Below the pieces are notes generated by a model. That model was not told the DNA's origin and ran no database searches. It saw only the letters and a list, made by a program, of their open reading frames with translations. From the NCBI RefSeq assembly GCF_056712565.1, contig NZ_CM160072.1: a stretch of DNA of 64,000 nucleotides, one strand, 5' to 3'. This document shows, piece after piece, positions 22,611 to 32,348 of the stretch (position 1 is its first letter; each line of letters starts with the position of its first letter). The position numbers were made by a program, and so were the translations under genes.

Positions 22611-24149
22611 TTATTCTGAAGCGAGAAATTTGTCGAGATAAGGTACAACATAAGGAACAGAAGTCTGGAATATACCATTTTCAATCCAGTAAAGGGTGTT
22701 TGCCCCTGGGCGTAAATTAAAGGCGGTGAGATATGCATCAGCTGCTTCCCGGTTCATCCCCTTCATTTCATAAACCTTGCCAAGCAACACATAATTTAGC
22801 CAGGACATTTCAAGATCAATGCCGGTATTTATCGCCTGATAAGACTCATCTGTTTTACCTTTTACCAGGGCACTGACCGCTTTTATTTGATATATAATGG
22901 ACAGGTTGTTCAATTCCGGCAGTGTAACAATGTTATCTATTTCTGTGTTCAGTGCTGCTAATTGTTTTTCGTCTAAAGGATGTTGAGAATGGCGCACGAT
23001 ATCAACTAATGCTTTTTCTGCTCTCGCGTAGGTAAATTCTGGGGATGATTGAACAATCTCACCTAATAATTCACTGGCACGATCCAATGATTTATCATCA
23101 CCATGCAGTAAATAATCATGTGCCTGATAAAAATTAGTTAATAACGCACCACGATGCGGCAAAATTTGCTGGAGCATCTCCTGCATTCGTTGTGGCCACG
23201 GTTGGTTTAACGCTTTTGATAAACTCTGGAGCAAATCATTTTGAATCGCCAGCTGATTACCGTTAGTGATGACATAACGTTTATCCAGCATGGTTGAACC
23301 ATCTGCATTGTCTACCAATTTTACCGACATAAAGCATTGTTGAGCACGGTATTGGCGCTGATTAACAAACGCAATAGATAATGTTTTACCGGAACTGCTC
23401 GGTTCATCAATGTTGTAGTTGATTTTGTCATGCACCATAAAGGTGGAGAAGGTGTTAAGTGATGTCGCCACCAAATCACCCACGCCTATCGCGTAAGAGA
23501 GCTGATACGGAGAACTCCAGCTGTTACAACTCTTATTAACCATATTAATGTCAATATCGCGTGGATTGAGCAAAATGCGCGATTTACTCATAGGAAGACG
23601 TGTTTCAAGACTTGAAAACGCTACCAGTGCGACACAGATACCTAACGACAACAGGAAAAAAAACCATACCCAAAAGGTAGTGAATCGTTTGCTTTTAACT
23701 GGGGATTGTTCAGGTGGCGTTGTGGTGTTTTGAATGTTAAGACTGTGGGAGGGAGAATCTGTGGCAGGAACCGCCTCTGGTATAGGGGGAGGCGAAGATA
23801 GCATTATTTCCTCTCCCTCTTCTTCGCTGTACCAGATAACCGGCACCATTAATTTATAGCCGCGCTTTGGTACAGTAGCGATATAGACAGGACTATCTTC
23901 ATCATTATCTTTTAATGACTTACGTAGTTCTGAGATACTCTGCGTCACAACGTGATTGGTGACAATACTTCTCTTCCAGACATTATCGATAAGTTCATCC
24001 CTGCTAAGTACTTCGCCACTGTGTTGAGCAAAGAAAACCAGAAGATCGATTAATCTCGGCTCAAGGGTAAGTTGACGCCCATTGCGGCTAATTTGGTTTA
24101 TGGACGGAGTAACAAGCCATTCGCCAACGCGAACTACAGGTTGTTGCAT
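22611..24149 (-). CDS. cadC: ToxR-like membrane-integrated transcriptional activator of cadBA
   Basis: 512-aa ORF, N-terminal winged-helix domain, central TM segment (FTTFWVWFFFLLSLGICVALVAF), periplasmic sensor. Confidence 0.95.
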   Translation of the reverse strand: MQQPVVRVGEWLVTPSINQISRNGRQLTLEPRLIDLLVFFAQHSGEVLSRDELIDNVWKRSIVTNHVVTQSISELRKSLKDNDEDSPVYIATVPKRGYKLMVPVIWYSEEEGEEIMLSSPPPIPEAVPATDSPSHSLNIQNTTTPPEQSPVKSKRFTTFWVWFFFLLSLGICVALVAFSSLETRLPMSKSRILLNPRDIDINMVNKSCNSWSSPYQLSYAIGVGDLVATSLNTFSTFMVHDKINYNIDEPSSSGKTLSIAFVNQRQYRAQQCFMSVKLVDNADGSTMLDKRYVITNGNQLAIQNDLLQSLSKALNQPWPQRMQEMLQQILPHRGALLTNFYQAHDYLLHGDDKSLDRASELLGEIVQSSPEFTYARAEKALVDIVRHSQHPLDEKQLAALNTEIDNIVTLPELNNLSIIYQIKAVSALVKGKTDESYQAINTGIDLEMSWLNYVLLGKVYEMKGMNREAADAYLTAFNLRPGANTLYWIENGIFQTSVPYVVPYLDKFLASE

Positions 24150-24730
24150 AATAGAAACTCATTCGAAAAGGGAATGATGCAATGATAATTGCCATAACCT
24201 ATTTTTTCCATCTATAGATGGGTTTATTTACATATTATTGGTGAATGTAGGACGTTATTTTTACCCGCCATAAACTTCTTGATTACATAGTATTACGAAA
24301 GGATTTTACTGAGAACCAGAAGTAATTTTCCTTACCATCAAAATTCATCATCTTTGCCAAAGAAAAATGTTCAGAAAATAATCCATGAAAAATTGTCCGG
24401 AGCGCTTACTATTTTAATGGATTGTTAGTCTTTGCATGAGCAAACGGACTGATACATTTCTCTTTGTTCTCATTCAGAAAATCTCATCAGTTGGCGTTCT
24501 GCCCGATGTTGTGCTTTATGGGTGCGTTACGCTCCTGATGACGTCATTTGACGTTCAACAGCATCACGGGGCCGCACGACATTTCACGTCAGTCAGCGCT
24601 ATAGCTCAGAAACAAATTTTCCCGAATTGGGATATGCCCGCAAATTGCTGGTGATGTGGGGAGAATCTGGTTGAGTTCGGTAGAATTGATTTGGCGGCAG
24701 GACGCTTAAATCGTGGCGTCCTGAAACGAA

Positions 24731-24756
24731 AAACGGACCTCCGTGGAGGTCCGTTT
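24731..24756 (-). terminator. Native pheU-proximal terminator hairpin retained beside the att remnant
   Basis: aaacggacctcc-gt-ggaggtccgttt perfect palindrome immediately downstream (minus-strand sense) of the tRNA-Phe 3' fragment. Confidence 0.5.
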
Positions 24757-24765
24757 ATATGAATT

Positions 24766-24787
24766 TGGTGCCGGACTCGGAATCGAA
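24766..24787 (-). repeat. pheU: 22-nt copy of the tRNA-Phe 3' end (island attachment-site direct repeat); not an intact tRNA
   Basis: tggtgccggactcggaatcgaa equals the reverse complement of the tRNA-Phe 3' end TTCGATTCCGAGTCCGGGCACCA with one C missing; homology stops at 24787 and AT-rich foreign DNA follows. Confidence 0.7.
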
Positions 24788-24939
24788 TATTTTATTTATC
24801 ATATTGATATTGATGTGATTTATTTGGTTTGGTGAAAAATGTACCCTCTTTTGTACCCTCAGTCCCTTTTGCTGTGAAAAAGGAATCAAACCCGGGAGTT
24901 GGAAGATGAGGTGAAAAGGGGGACGCATAAAGGGATTCA

Positions 24940-24964
24940 CCTTAACAGCGTACTACTGTTAAGG
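24940..24964 (-). terminator. Stem-loop downstream of the island-terminal gene
   Basis: ccttaacag-cgtacta-ctgttaagg perfect 9-bp stem; no clear U-tract. Confidence 0.25.
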
Positions 24965-24980
24965 TGGGAGGACCATCTCA

Positions 24981-25544
24981 TTATCCCCACCGGTCCCATC
25001 TCACCAGGTTGTTGATGATAATTTTATTACTAAATTTGCAGGGCGGCCTGGTTTTGTAATCCCGGCTCAGTCCTCTGAAGGCATTGATCTCCCCCCGCTC
25101 AAACAGCTCATCCTTATTCTGGTGCAGTTGTTTAAATGTGCTCAGAATGTTCGCTTCGCTGATTTCCGGAAAATTATCATATTCCAGTGACCTGAACCCT
25201 GTATCACGTGCCTGTGCATCCATTAAGGAAAACATCCCGGAACGCTGCATCAGGTTACGCCAGATTTCGCGCTCAAGATTCCGGGTAATGGCTTTCATTG
25301 CTGTTTCTGGTTTCTCCATCATCCAGCAACCACAGCGAAAATTCTGTTTCATCGCCCAGTCCGGGGCGGCTTTACCGCCAATATTTTCCGTCAGTGCTGA
25401 GATTTCTGTCAGTTGCCGGATAAGCGTGTCGATTTGCAGTAGTGTACTCTTTCGTACAGCCAGGATGTGTCTGATACTTGTGGAACAGATAACGGCTGTA
25501 TGCCCGTTGACCGCGTTCGGGTGGGGGATTGTGATATCTGACAT
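24981..25544 (-). CDS. Hypothetical protein at the distal end of the CP4-like module
   Basis: 187-aa ORF with coding-like composition in operon orientation with the yeeW-like/cbtA genes; family not recognised. Confidence 0.45.
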   Translation of the reverse strand: MSDITIPHPNAVNGHTAVICSTSIRHILAVRKSTLLQIDTLIRQLTEISALTENIGGKAAPDWAMKQNFRCGCWMMEKPETAMKAITRNLEREIWRNLMQRSGMFSLMDAQARDTGFRSLEYDNFPEISEANILSTFKQLHQNKDELFERGEINAFRGLSRDYKTRPPCKFSNKIIINNLVRWDRWG

Positions 25545-25628
25545 TATGAGGTTTCCTTTCTGTTTATAAACGAAAACGCCAGCCCTGTTCAGGCTGGCGT
25601 CAGGAGAATGGAGTCTGGTGAGTGAGAT

Positions 25629-26051
25629 TCACCGGTTCTGGTGCATAAGTTGCAGTTGGTGCAGGGTACGGATATCCTCCCTGGCCTGTTCAATACAGGG
25701 CAGCAGTGCTGCCGAATCCGTTTTATCCTCATCGTTGTCGAAAATAATTCCGGACCCGCAGTCGATATTGTCCTGCAGCCACGCAATGAGGATATCCAGC
25801 GCTGTTTCAGTGGTTAATGGCATCACGCTCTGTATCACTGTATTGTCTTCCGGCAACTGATGAGGGCTGGCATAAGTTGCCGGTGTTTCGGTAGAGTCAC
25901 GGTCATCCACCACGCGGAGTGAATCACCGTTTTCAGCGGCCTTATTAATCAGTTCAGCGAGATTAACACCATCAATGTCAACGACAATTCGCCCCATATT
26001 CAGTGCCTGTACGTTAACGCTGTCGGCTTCCGGCGTCAGGGAAAGTTTCAT
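25629..26051 (-). CDS. YeeW-like protein encoded downstream of the CbtA toxin
   Basis: 140-aa ORF overlapping the cbtA stop by 4 nt; position equivalent to yeeW in CP4-44. Confidence 0.5.
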   Translation of the reverse strand: MKLSLTPEADSVNVQALNMGRIVVDIDGVNLAELINKAAENGDSLRVVDDRDSTETPATYASPHQLPEDNTVIQSVMPLTTETALDILIAWLQDNIDCGSGIIFDNDEDKTDSAALLPCIEQAREDIRTLHQLQLMHQNR

Positions 26052-26425
26052 TGTTTCACCTCCGGGTGCTTACCCAGGATAATATTATTTACCGTTCTGT
26101 AATTGTCGCGGGTCATCAGGCCGGTCGCCCTGCGAGCCCGGAGGATATCAATACTGTTTATTAACTGAGAACGGGTACAGGCGCTGAATCCCGGCTGGTC
26201 GGTACGTACCAGTGCGTATTTTTCAACGAGAAAGTTCACCGCATCGCACAGTGAAATGCCTGCCTCAATATGCTGCTCAATCACACGTTCATCAGCGAAC
26301 GGTGTGTCATTCAGCGTAAGGCCGTAGTGCTGATCCAGCAGTCGGGTGAGCAGTGTCTGCCAGATTTCAACCGGAGACGGGCGTGAACTGGCCGCCTGCC
26401 CGGGTAATACAGGTAATGTTTTCAT
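26048..26425 (-). CDS. cbtA: CbtA-family toxin (type IV TA; cytoskeleton inhibitor)
   Basis: 125-aa ORF MKTLPVLPGQAASSRPSPVEIWQTLLTRLLDQHYGLTLNDTPFADE..., near-identical to recalled K-12 CbtA/YeeV. Confidence 0.85.
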   Translation of the reverse strand: MKTLPVLPGQAASSRPSPVEIWQTLLTRLLDQHYGLTLNDTPFADERVIEQHIEAGISLCDAVNFLVEKYALVRTDQPGFSACTRSQLINSIDILRARRATGLMTRDNYRTVNNIILGKHPEVKQ

Positions 26426-26513
26426 ACTGAAGATTTTCCTGATATGCAGAGATGAAAAATGGAAAAGTGGCGTGGTGAAAGCACCAGGCCGAGCAGAAGG
26501 TTATTCTGGAGAG

Positions 26514-26882
26514 TTACTTTTTCGTTTCGGGCGTCGGATAAACAGCCATATAAACGTAGCCACAACTGCCGAGGGTGTCGGCTTCGCAGGTCAGCCCTTT
26601 TGCATACAGCGTGACGGTATGCTGATGGCGGGGATTCAGTTCACCGCTGGTGAGCATGAGTTCCAGTTGTTTCATCAGCAGCGGAAAGGCCTGGTCCAGG
26701 TGGTACGAATCCGCGTCGCTGAACCGCCCTCTGATACCGGCGCGGTCGGCAAGGTAATGCAACCGGTTGCCTTCCTGTACCAGACGGGCACCAAAACAGG
26801 GCGTCACGGTGCAGGGCAGTCCCCACCAGGTACGGTCGTTATTGTCGTCGGGAAGCGTTGTCCCGGGGAGTGTGTCTGACAC
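26514..26882 (-). CDS. cbeA: CbeA-family antitoxin (YeeU/YfjZ family)
   Basis: 122-aa ORF MSDTLPGTTLPDDNNDRTWWGLPCTVTPCFGARLVQEGNRLHYLADRAG... Confidence 0.85.
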   Translation of the reverse strand: MSDTLPGTTLPDDNNDRTWWGLPCTVTPCFGARLVQEGNRLHYLADRAGIRGRFSDADSYHLDQAFPLLMKQLELMLTSGELNPRHQHTVTLYAKGLTCEADTLGSCGYVYMAVYPTPETKK

Positions 26883-26961
26883 GATAAAATCCTCACAGAA
26901 AATTGGTTAAGAATGGTCCGGTGGTGGCGATAATTCTGCTCTTCTGAATGCCCTTCCAGAC

Positions 26962-27183
26962 TCAGTTCAGGGTGACGCTCATCAGCCGGACATACGGACC
27001 AAAACTGTCCTTCCGGCGTTCTGCAAACACGGCCAGCACACAGGGAATATCCTGTACTTCACGGCCGGTATATGTATCCGTGCTACCGTGCCAGCGGTAT
27101 TTACCGGTACAGAACGGAAAAAGACGGGATGCAGGATGCTGACGGTGAATACGCATGGCTTCACCACGGGTGATGATTTTCAT
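26962..27183 (-). CDS. yeeT: YeeT/YkfH-like small protein (DUF987)
   Basis: 73-aa ORF in the conserved position between the radC-like and cbeA genes. Confidence 0.65.
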   Translation of the reverse strand: MKIITRGEAMRIHRQHPASRLFPFCTGKYRWHGSTDTYTGREVQDIPCVLAVFAERRKDSFGPYVRLMSVTLN

Positions 27184-27269
27184 GAGAATAGTCCTCCTGA
27201 ATGTGAAAGTAAGAAACAGCTGAGAAAGAGAAACTGAAGTGATATGAAGGTGATTGTGACGGTGACGGG

Positions 27270-27746
27270 TTAAAGCAGACCGTGTTCCGCAAAGGAGAAA
27301 ACCTGGCTGCCACCGACTATCAGATGGTCCGGCACCCGGATATCCACCAGGCCCAGTGCCTGTACCAGACGTTCCGTGATAAGGCGGTCTGCCTTGCTGG
27401 GTGTGACTTCACCGGACGGGTGATTGTGTGCCAGCACCACAGCAGCGGCATTGTGATACAGGGCGCGTTTAATCACTTCCCGGGGATGGACTTCCGTGCG
27501 GTTGATGGTGCCGGTGAAGAGGGTTTCACCGGCAATCAGCTGATTCTGGTTGTTCAGATACAGCACCCGGAACTCTTCCCGCTCCAGTCCCGCCATGTTC
27601 AGAATCAGCCATTCTCGTGCCGCACGGGTGGAGGTGAAGGCCACGCCGGGTTCATGAAGATGGCGGTCCAGGGTTTTCAGGGCCCGTTGAATGAGGCTGC
27701 GCTCACCGGGCGTCATTTCTCCGGGCAGAAAGGAAATCTGTTGCAT
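27270..27746 (-). CDS. yeeS: RadC-like JAB-domain protein (YeeS/YfjY/YkfG family)
   Basis: 158-aa ORF with JAMM motif region ...VVLAHNHPSGEVTPSKADRLITERL... Confidence 0.8.
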   Translation of the reverse strand: MQQISFLPGEMTPGERSLIQRALKTLDRHLHEPGVAFTSTRAAREWLILNMAGLEREEFRVLYLNNQNQLIAGETLFTGTINRTEVHPREVIKRALYHNAAAVVLAHNHPSGEVTPSKADRLITERLVQALGLVDIRVPDHLIVGGSQVFSFAEHGLL

Positions 27747-27760
27747 TGTTCCGGCCCCTT

Positions 27761-28240
27761 TCAGTCAATGATGCGCATAATGGCGCTGCATTCCGGATGC
27801 TGCAGGGCGTAATCCCGCAGCCGGTAATAATGGACCGTCATGGCATAACATTCCGTACGACAGGCATGATGGCTGTACGTCATCAGACAGGCGGCAATAC
27901 CGGCAGCTTCCGGACTCATTTCAGCGCGGTTACCGTTCATGGCATTGAACAGTACCCATGTTTCGTCATCATCGTCATCCGGTTCAGGTGCCATAAATGC
28001 GCCACCGTTGTTCAGGGTGTACAGATTCCAGATGCCCCCGCAGTAGTCTTCGCACAGACGGTCCATCCAGCCGAAGACACGGGGCTCCAGGGTCACCCAC
28101 TGTGGAATGAGGCCAAAATGCTGCGGCCAGAAGCTGATACGTTGTTCATCAGGGACGGGAGTAGCAACCAGTTGGGGCTGGTTATTCCCTGGTGCTGTGG
28201 CTGAAGAAAGAGCAGTTGTGTTCTGAGAAACGATTTTCAT
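27761..28240 (-). CDS. Antirestriction protein (KlcA/ArdB-like; YfjX/YkfF family)
   Basis: ORF track 183 aa; likely start at internal MKIVSQNTT...; acidic DDDDDE stretch and conserved C-terminal half. Confidence 0.65.
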   Translation of the reverse strand: MKIVSQNTTALSSATAPGNNQPQLVATPVPDEQRISFWPQHFGLIPQWVTLEPRVFGWMDRLCEDYCGGIWNLYTLNNGGAFMAPEPDDDDDETWVLFNAMNGNRAEMSPEAAGIAACLMTYSHHACRTECYAMTVHYYRLRDYALQHPECSAIMRIID

Positions 28241-28505
28241 GAGTGAAATCCTTACAATGTGTATAAATGAGAGGAAATAAAGGCCGGGGGCTGACAACAT
28301 CACGTTCATCACTGACCGTGAGACCCGGCAATATCAGGGATGAATGATATTCGGCTGAAATTCCGGACAGCCGTACGCGTAACCGTTCCGGTCACAGACG
28401 GATGGCCAGAAGATGCCATTGCCTGTACTCAGTCTGCACAGACTGAGTTCTCCGGGGCGTCGGGTGATTCTGGTGCCTGAATCACGCCTTCAGGGACAGA
28501 TTGCA

Positions 28506-29324
28506 TCAGCGCAGGCTCTCCAGTAGCGTTTCTGCCATCACCCACAATGCGCGATTGAGCTTAATGCCGGTGTCGATGCTGTGAATGGCACGGGTGTGGA
28601 TACGTTTTCCTCTGGCACTGCGACCGGAAATTCCGCCTTTTAGCATATTCTCCTGGATGGTCTGATAAGTACTCCACAGGTCCTTACCGTAATCCTCCCG
28701 GCGTCGTGGCGTCAGAATGTCGGCGGTGGTGACGGGCTGATGTTCGTCACCATAACGGTAAGTCAGTGCCGCCTGTGCCAGCGCCTGGCGTGTCGGTGGC
28801 GGCAGGACCAGCGACTGCATGGCATCACGCTTCTCCTCTATCCGGTCAAACACGCCCACCACCTCGTAAGCCCCTTCAATAACTTTCTCCACCACATTTC
28901 CCCGGTGTGGAACACGCAATTCTCCCAGAGACTGACCGCAGACCAGTCCATTGGTACAAATGGCACGAAAATATCCGGGTAACATCTGGTAGCTGGATGA
29001 ACCGTCATGGGAGTTGAGCAGAATAATTTCAGGCACATGCTGACCGGTTATCTGTCCGGCCCGCCGCAGACGCAGCATATGTTTGGTATATTCCCGGCGG
29101 CTCTGGTCGCGCACACGGGTCTGGCAGGCGAAGAACGGCTGAAAGCCTTCCCGCTGCAGATTTTCCAGGACGGTGATGGTGGGAATGTACGCATACCGTT
29201 CACTGCGGGAGGTGTGCCGGTCTTCTCCAAAAATACTCGGGACGTGGTACATCAGTTCTTCGCGTGTCAGTGGGCGCTCCCGACGGATCTGATTTACATG
29301 ACCAAAACGACTGGCTAATTGCAT
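28506..29324 (-). CDS. DUF932-family protein (YafZ/YfjQ-like)
   Basis: 272-aa ORF in the conserved CP4-type gene order. Confidence 0.55.
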   Translation of the reverse strand: MQLASRFGHVNQIRRERPLTREELMYHVPSIFGEDRHTSRSERYAYIPTITVLENLQREGFQPFFACQTRVRDQSRREYTKHMLRLRRAGQITGQHVPEIILLNSHDGSSSYQMLPGYFRAICTNGLVCGQSLGELRVPHRGNVVEKVIEGAYEVVGVFDRIEEKRDAMQSLVLPPPTRQALAQAALTYRYGDEHQPVTTADILTPRRREDYGKDLWSTYQTIQENMLKGGISGRSARGKRIHTRAIHSIDTGIKLNRALWVMAETLLESLR

Positions 29325-29413
29325 ACTTTGCTCCTTATGAATGAATTAGCGGTATAAACGAAAAGGCCGCGTCTCCCGGAGAAGACGCGGCCTGATGGAT
29401 GAAATGAAGACGT

Positions 29414-29647
29414 TTATTGCCTGAGAATTCCCTCACTGGCGAGATACGAATTTAGCTGTTTTCCGGCATCAGGTTCAAAATTCCAGCACCGCCAGCGTAG
29501 CTGCCCTTCGGCATTGCGGATAACCAGCCGGAAATGCGTTCCCTGGTCATCTTCAATAAGCACATTGCGGTAAGCTGTTGTGATGACAACCGCCTGTTCG
29601 CGTGAGAAAGGGCCTTCGGGCAATAAAACAGGGCGACAGTCCAACAT
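29414..29647 (-). CDS. Small hypothetical protein of the CP4-like module
   Basis: 77-aa ORF in operon orientation; family not recognised. Confidence 0.35.
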   Translation of the reverse strand: MLDCRPVLLPEGPFSREQAVVITTAYRNVLIEDDQGTHFRLVIRNAEGQLRWRCWNFEPDAGKQLNSYLASEGILRQ

Positions 29648-29652
29648 ACCGG

Positions 29653-30330
29653 CTATTTTCCGATAAATTCAACGCTGGCGCCGGTGGCATTACCGTCAGC
29701 ACCAACCGTGACGGTCACTTTGTCGTACGCACGGTCTTCAGGATTGAATACTTCAAACTCAACCTTATTGCCTTTTACTTCGTAAGAGCCAAAATCAGCG
29801 GTTTCTGTTGTTTCCTCGTCGTATTTCCGGGCGTATGCCTGTCGGGCAGCCTGCAGTACGGAGTCTTTATTAATAGTGGTCGTCTGTTTCGGGGAAAAAA
29901 CGGCAAGTGATGTGACAAATTTCGGACAGACCTTCAGCATATCACCGCGGGTGAATTCCATTCGTACACCAAATGCCTGTAAAACGGACACATCACGCTC
30001 TGCTATGGAGTGAACGGCTTTTTTGACCATTTCCGACGCCTGTTCGGCTTCCACCTCAACAGCCCTGAATCCCGTCTGCTGATTACACATTTGTGATGTG
30101 GGGATCAGGTTACCGTTAATACTGATACGGCTGCCCAGGAGCGTCTGTACGCCATTCGGGCATCCCTGCATCAGGCCGGTAATACCAATCGTGCCATTTT
30201 TCAGCATTACCAGCGCCTGACCATCTTCCGTCATGGTCTGGCACCAGCCGTTTTTGACAGCCCAGTTACCGGCGGAGGCGGAGAAGGATGCAACAGTGAA
30301 AAGCAGGGGAAAAAGAGTTCTGGTATTCAT
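29653..30330 (-). CDS. Putative secreted protein or lipoprotein (YfjS/YafY-like position)
   Basis: ORF track 261 aa; likely start at [22 protein letters not shown], a signal-peptide-like N-terminus. Confidence 0.4.
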   Translation of the reverse strand: MNTRTLFPLLFTVASFSASAGNWAVKNGWCQTMTEDGQALVMLKNGTIGITGLMQGCPNGVQTLLGSRISINGNLIPTSQMCNQQTGFRAVEVEAEQASEMVKKAVHSIAERDVSVLQAFGVRMEFTRGDMLKVCPKFVTSLAVFSPKQTTTINKDSVLQAARQAYARKYDEETTETADFGSYEVKGNKVEFEVFNPEDRAYDKVTVTVGADGNATGASVEFIGK

Positions 30331-30480
30331 GACTGACCTCTGAAATGAACGTACGGTGTTATTGATAATGATGGAAGGTATGCAGTGACTGTTCAGGAAA
30401 TGACGTAATAGCCATATATTTAGTTTTCTGTTCAACATATTGTCTCCATACCTGTCGGGACGGCTTTGGCAGGCCGGCGA

Positions 30481-31161
30481 TCACAGGTTAAAGGTGTTGA
30501 TAAGTTTATGGATGAAAGAGAAATGTGGCAGGGCGGAGATAAAACGCTCTTCAGCGACCAGATTGTGGATGTGGCCTCTCCGTTCAAACCGTTCTGATGT
30601 CAGGCTGACTGATTTGATATCTGCCAGGGGAAAGACCTGCAGTTTTCCCTTCTGTAACGCGATCAGATACCAGCTTCCGCTGTAATAAATGAGCCGGCAG
30701 GGCTCCAGTGACGTATACCATCGCTCAGTCATCAGCGAGATGTGGATACACTGTTTTATTGCCAGGATGAGTTGCGAGAAACACTCGGGGAACGTTGCAG
30801 TGATATCCGGCGCCGGTAGCCAGATAAGGCAGGGAGAGGGCTCCTGGTTGTCGGTAAGACAGGTTATCAGTCGTCCGTTCCGGAGCGGAAGTATCCGTGC
30901 GATCCCGGTATTCTGTATAAAAGAAAGCATTTCAGGGATCGCACACGGGCTGCTCTGTCGTCTGAGGCTGTACCTGCCATTTCTGTACTCTAAATCCAGG
31001 TGAACCAGACGCTGATGAAAATCGCGCTGTAAAGTACGTTCTGTAACGCCAAATTCATCTGACAGTGTCTTTAGTGACAGAGATTCTCCGGCCATCAGTC
31101 GGCTGATAATGAGTGATAAGCGAACCGCCAGACGATCATGCCGGGAACGATCATCAGACAT
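30481..31161 (-). CDS. WYL-domain transcriptional regulator (YfjR-like)
   Basis: 226-aa ORF, N-terminal HTH (LKTLSDEFGVTERTLQRDF) and C-terminal WYL-like region. Confidence 0.65.
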   Translation of the reverse strand: MSDDRSRHDRLAVRLSLIISRLMAGESLSLKTLSDEFGVTERTLQRDFHQRLVHLDLEYRNGRYSLRRQSSPCAIPEMLSFIQNTGIARILPLRNGRLITCLTDNQEPSPCLIWLPAPDITATFPECFSQLILAIKQCIHISLMTERWYTSLEPCRLIYYSGSWYLIALQKGKLQVFPLADIKSVSLTSERFERRGHIHNLVAEERFISALPHFSFIHKLINTFNL

Positions 31162-31363
31162 AGATGTGTACTCCGTAAGAAAACATCTTTTATTTCATGA
31201 TGTTATTATGCCTCATGGTGTTGAAAGGATGTGTCGTATCTGAATAATCAGGAATAAAATGCAGCAGAAAAAATATTCCTTTAATTATCTGATTTTTAAT
31301 GATGATTTCATAAAAAGAAGAATACTCGTTAATCCAGCGACACATCCTGTCGGCGTGAGTGTG

Positions 31364-32248
31364 TCAGAACAGACGATCCCACAGTGTTTCCAGCAGGCGG
31401 ATAATGCGGTCCCGGGCTTTACGCAGAAGCTGTAACATCCAGACCGGAAAAGTGAACCGGGCAACGGCGTCGTCAAAACTTTTCCCGATGGCGTCACCAA
31501 AAGTCTGTTGTGCGTGTTTCTGGGCCTGTTCAGAGCGGTTTTCCCCCCGGATATGTGAATAAACCGCACTGGTTGCCTGCGGTGGCAGGGCGTGGATCAT
31601 CAGCGACACAAACGCCGGAAGATTCCAGCCGACAGGCGCAGCAACGGGGAGTACCGGAAATGATGACGGGAACAGGGTTGCCACCCTGGCTGTAACAGTT
31701 GCCAGTGAGAGTTCCTGGTGACGGGATGGGCATTTTTCTGTGGCATTCCATTCTTCAGCAGGAAACACGCGATCGGCATGGCTGAGAACAAACAGAAAAC
31801 GCGAGGGATCTGCACCTTCATTCAGTAAAAACTGATGCATGGCAATATCGGCAGCATACGCACGTTCATCAGCCCGCAGGATCCAGATAATCAGATCCAG
31901 TTCCGGCAGTAACTGACGGTAAATCTCCCGGTATTCCTGATCATGCTGCGGTGTCTCACCAATGCCGGGCAGATCGACCAGCGTCATTCTGCGTTCACCA
32001 ATCTGCAGGGTGAGGCGATGAGCCTGGCGGGTGCAGCCGTTCAGGGGATGCGTGGCGCAGATACGGGACTGAAAAATGGCATTACACAGACTGCTTTTGC
32101 CGGTGCCGGATTTACCCATAATGCCAATCACGGGCTCGTAATGAATAACACCGTGGAGATGTTCAAGGATTTTCTGGCGAATTTCTTCAGGAAGAAACGT
32201 CAGATATGATTTCACTTGCGCGGAGAGGGAAGAATTGCTGAATGGCAT
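31364..32248 (-). CDS. YeeP/YfjP/YkfA-family GTPase
   Basis: 294-aa ORF with P-loop GIMGKSGTGKSSLCNAIF and DLPG switch motif. Confidence 0.8.
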   Translation of the reverse strand: MPFSNSSLSAQVKSYLTFLPEEIRQKILEHLHGVIHYEPVIGIMGKSGTGKSSLCNAIFQSRICATHPLNGCTRQAHRLTLQIGERRMTLVDLPGIGETPQHDQEYREIYRQLLPELDLIIWILRADERAYAADIAMHQFLLNEGADPSRFLFVLSHADRVFPAEEWNATEKCPSRHQELSLATVTARVATLFPSSFPVLPVAAPVGWNLPAFVSLMIHALPPQATSAVYSHIRGENRSEQAQKHAQQTFGDAIGKSFDDAVARFTFPVWMLQLLRKARDRIIRLLETLWDRLF

Positions 32249-32348
32249 ACCGGTATCCTGTTGATTTCACTGAACCGGATCACACTAATCCGGTTTATCA
32301 TTCAGGTAATATGGGTGTGAAAATTTTTCCATTGACGGGAAGAAGAGT

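Noticed and set aside
24436-24654. 72-aa ORF between cadC and the pheU remnant
   Set aside because: No ribosome-binding context or recognisable family; lies in the conserved cadC-pheU intergenic region
24766-24787. Possible intact tRNA-Phe gene
   Set aside because: Only the 3' terminal 22 nt are present; the rest of the 76-nt tRNA is missing, so this is an att-site repeat
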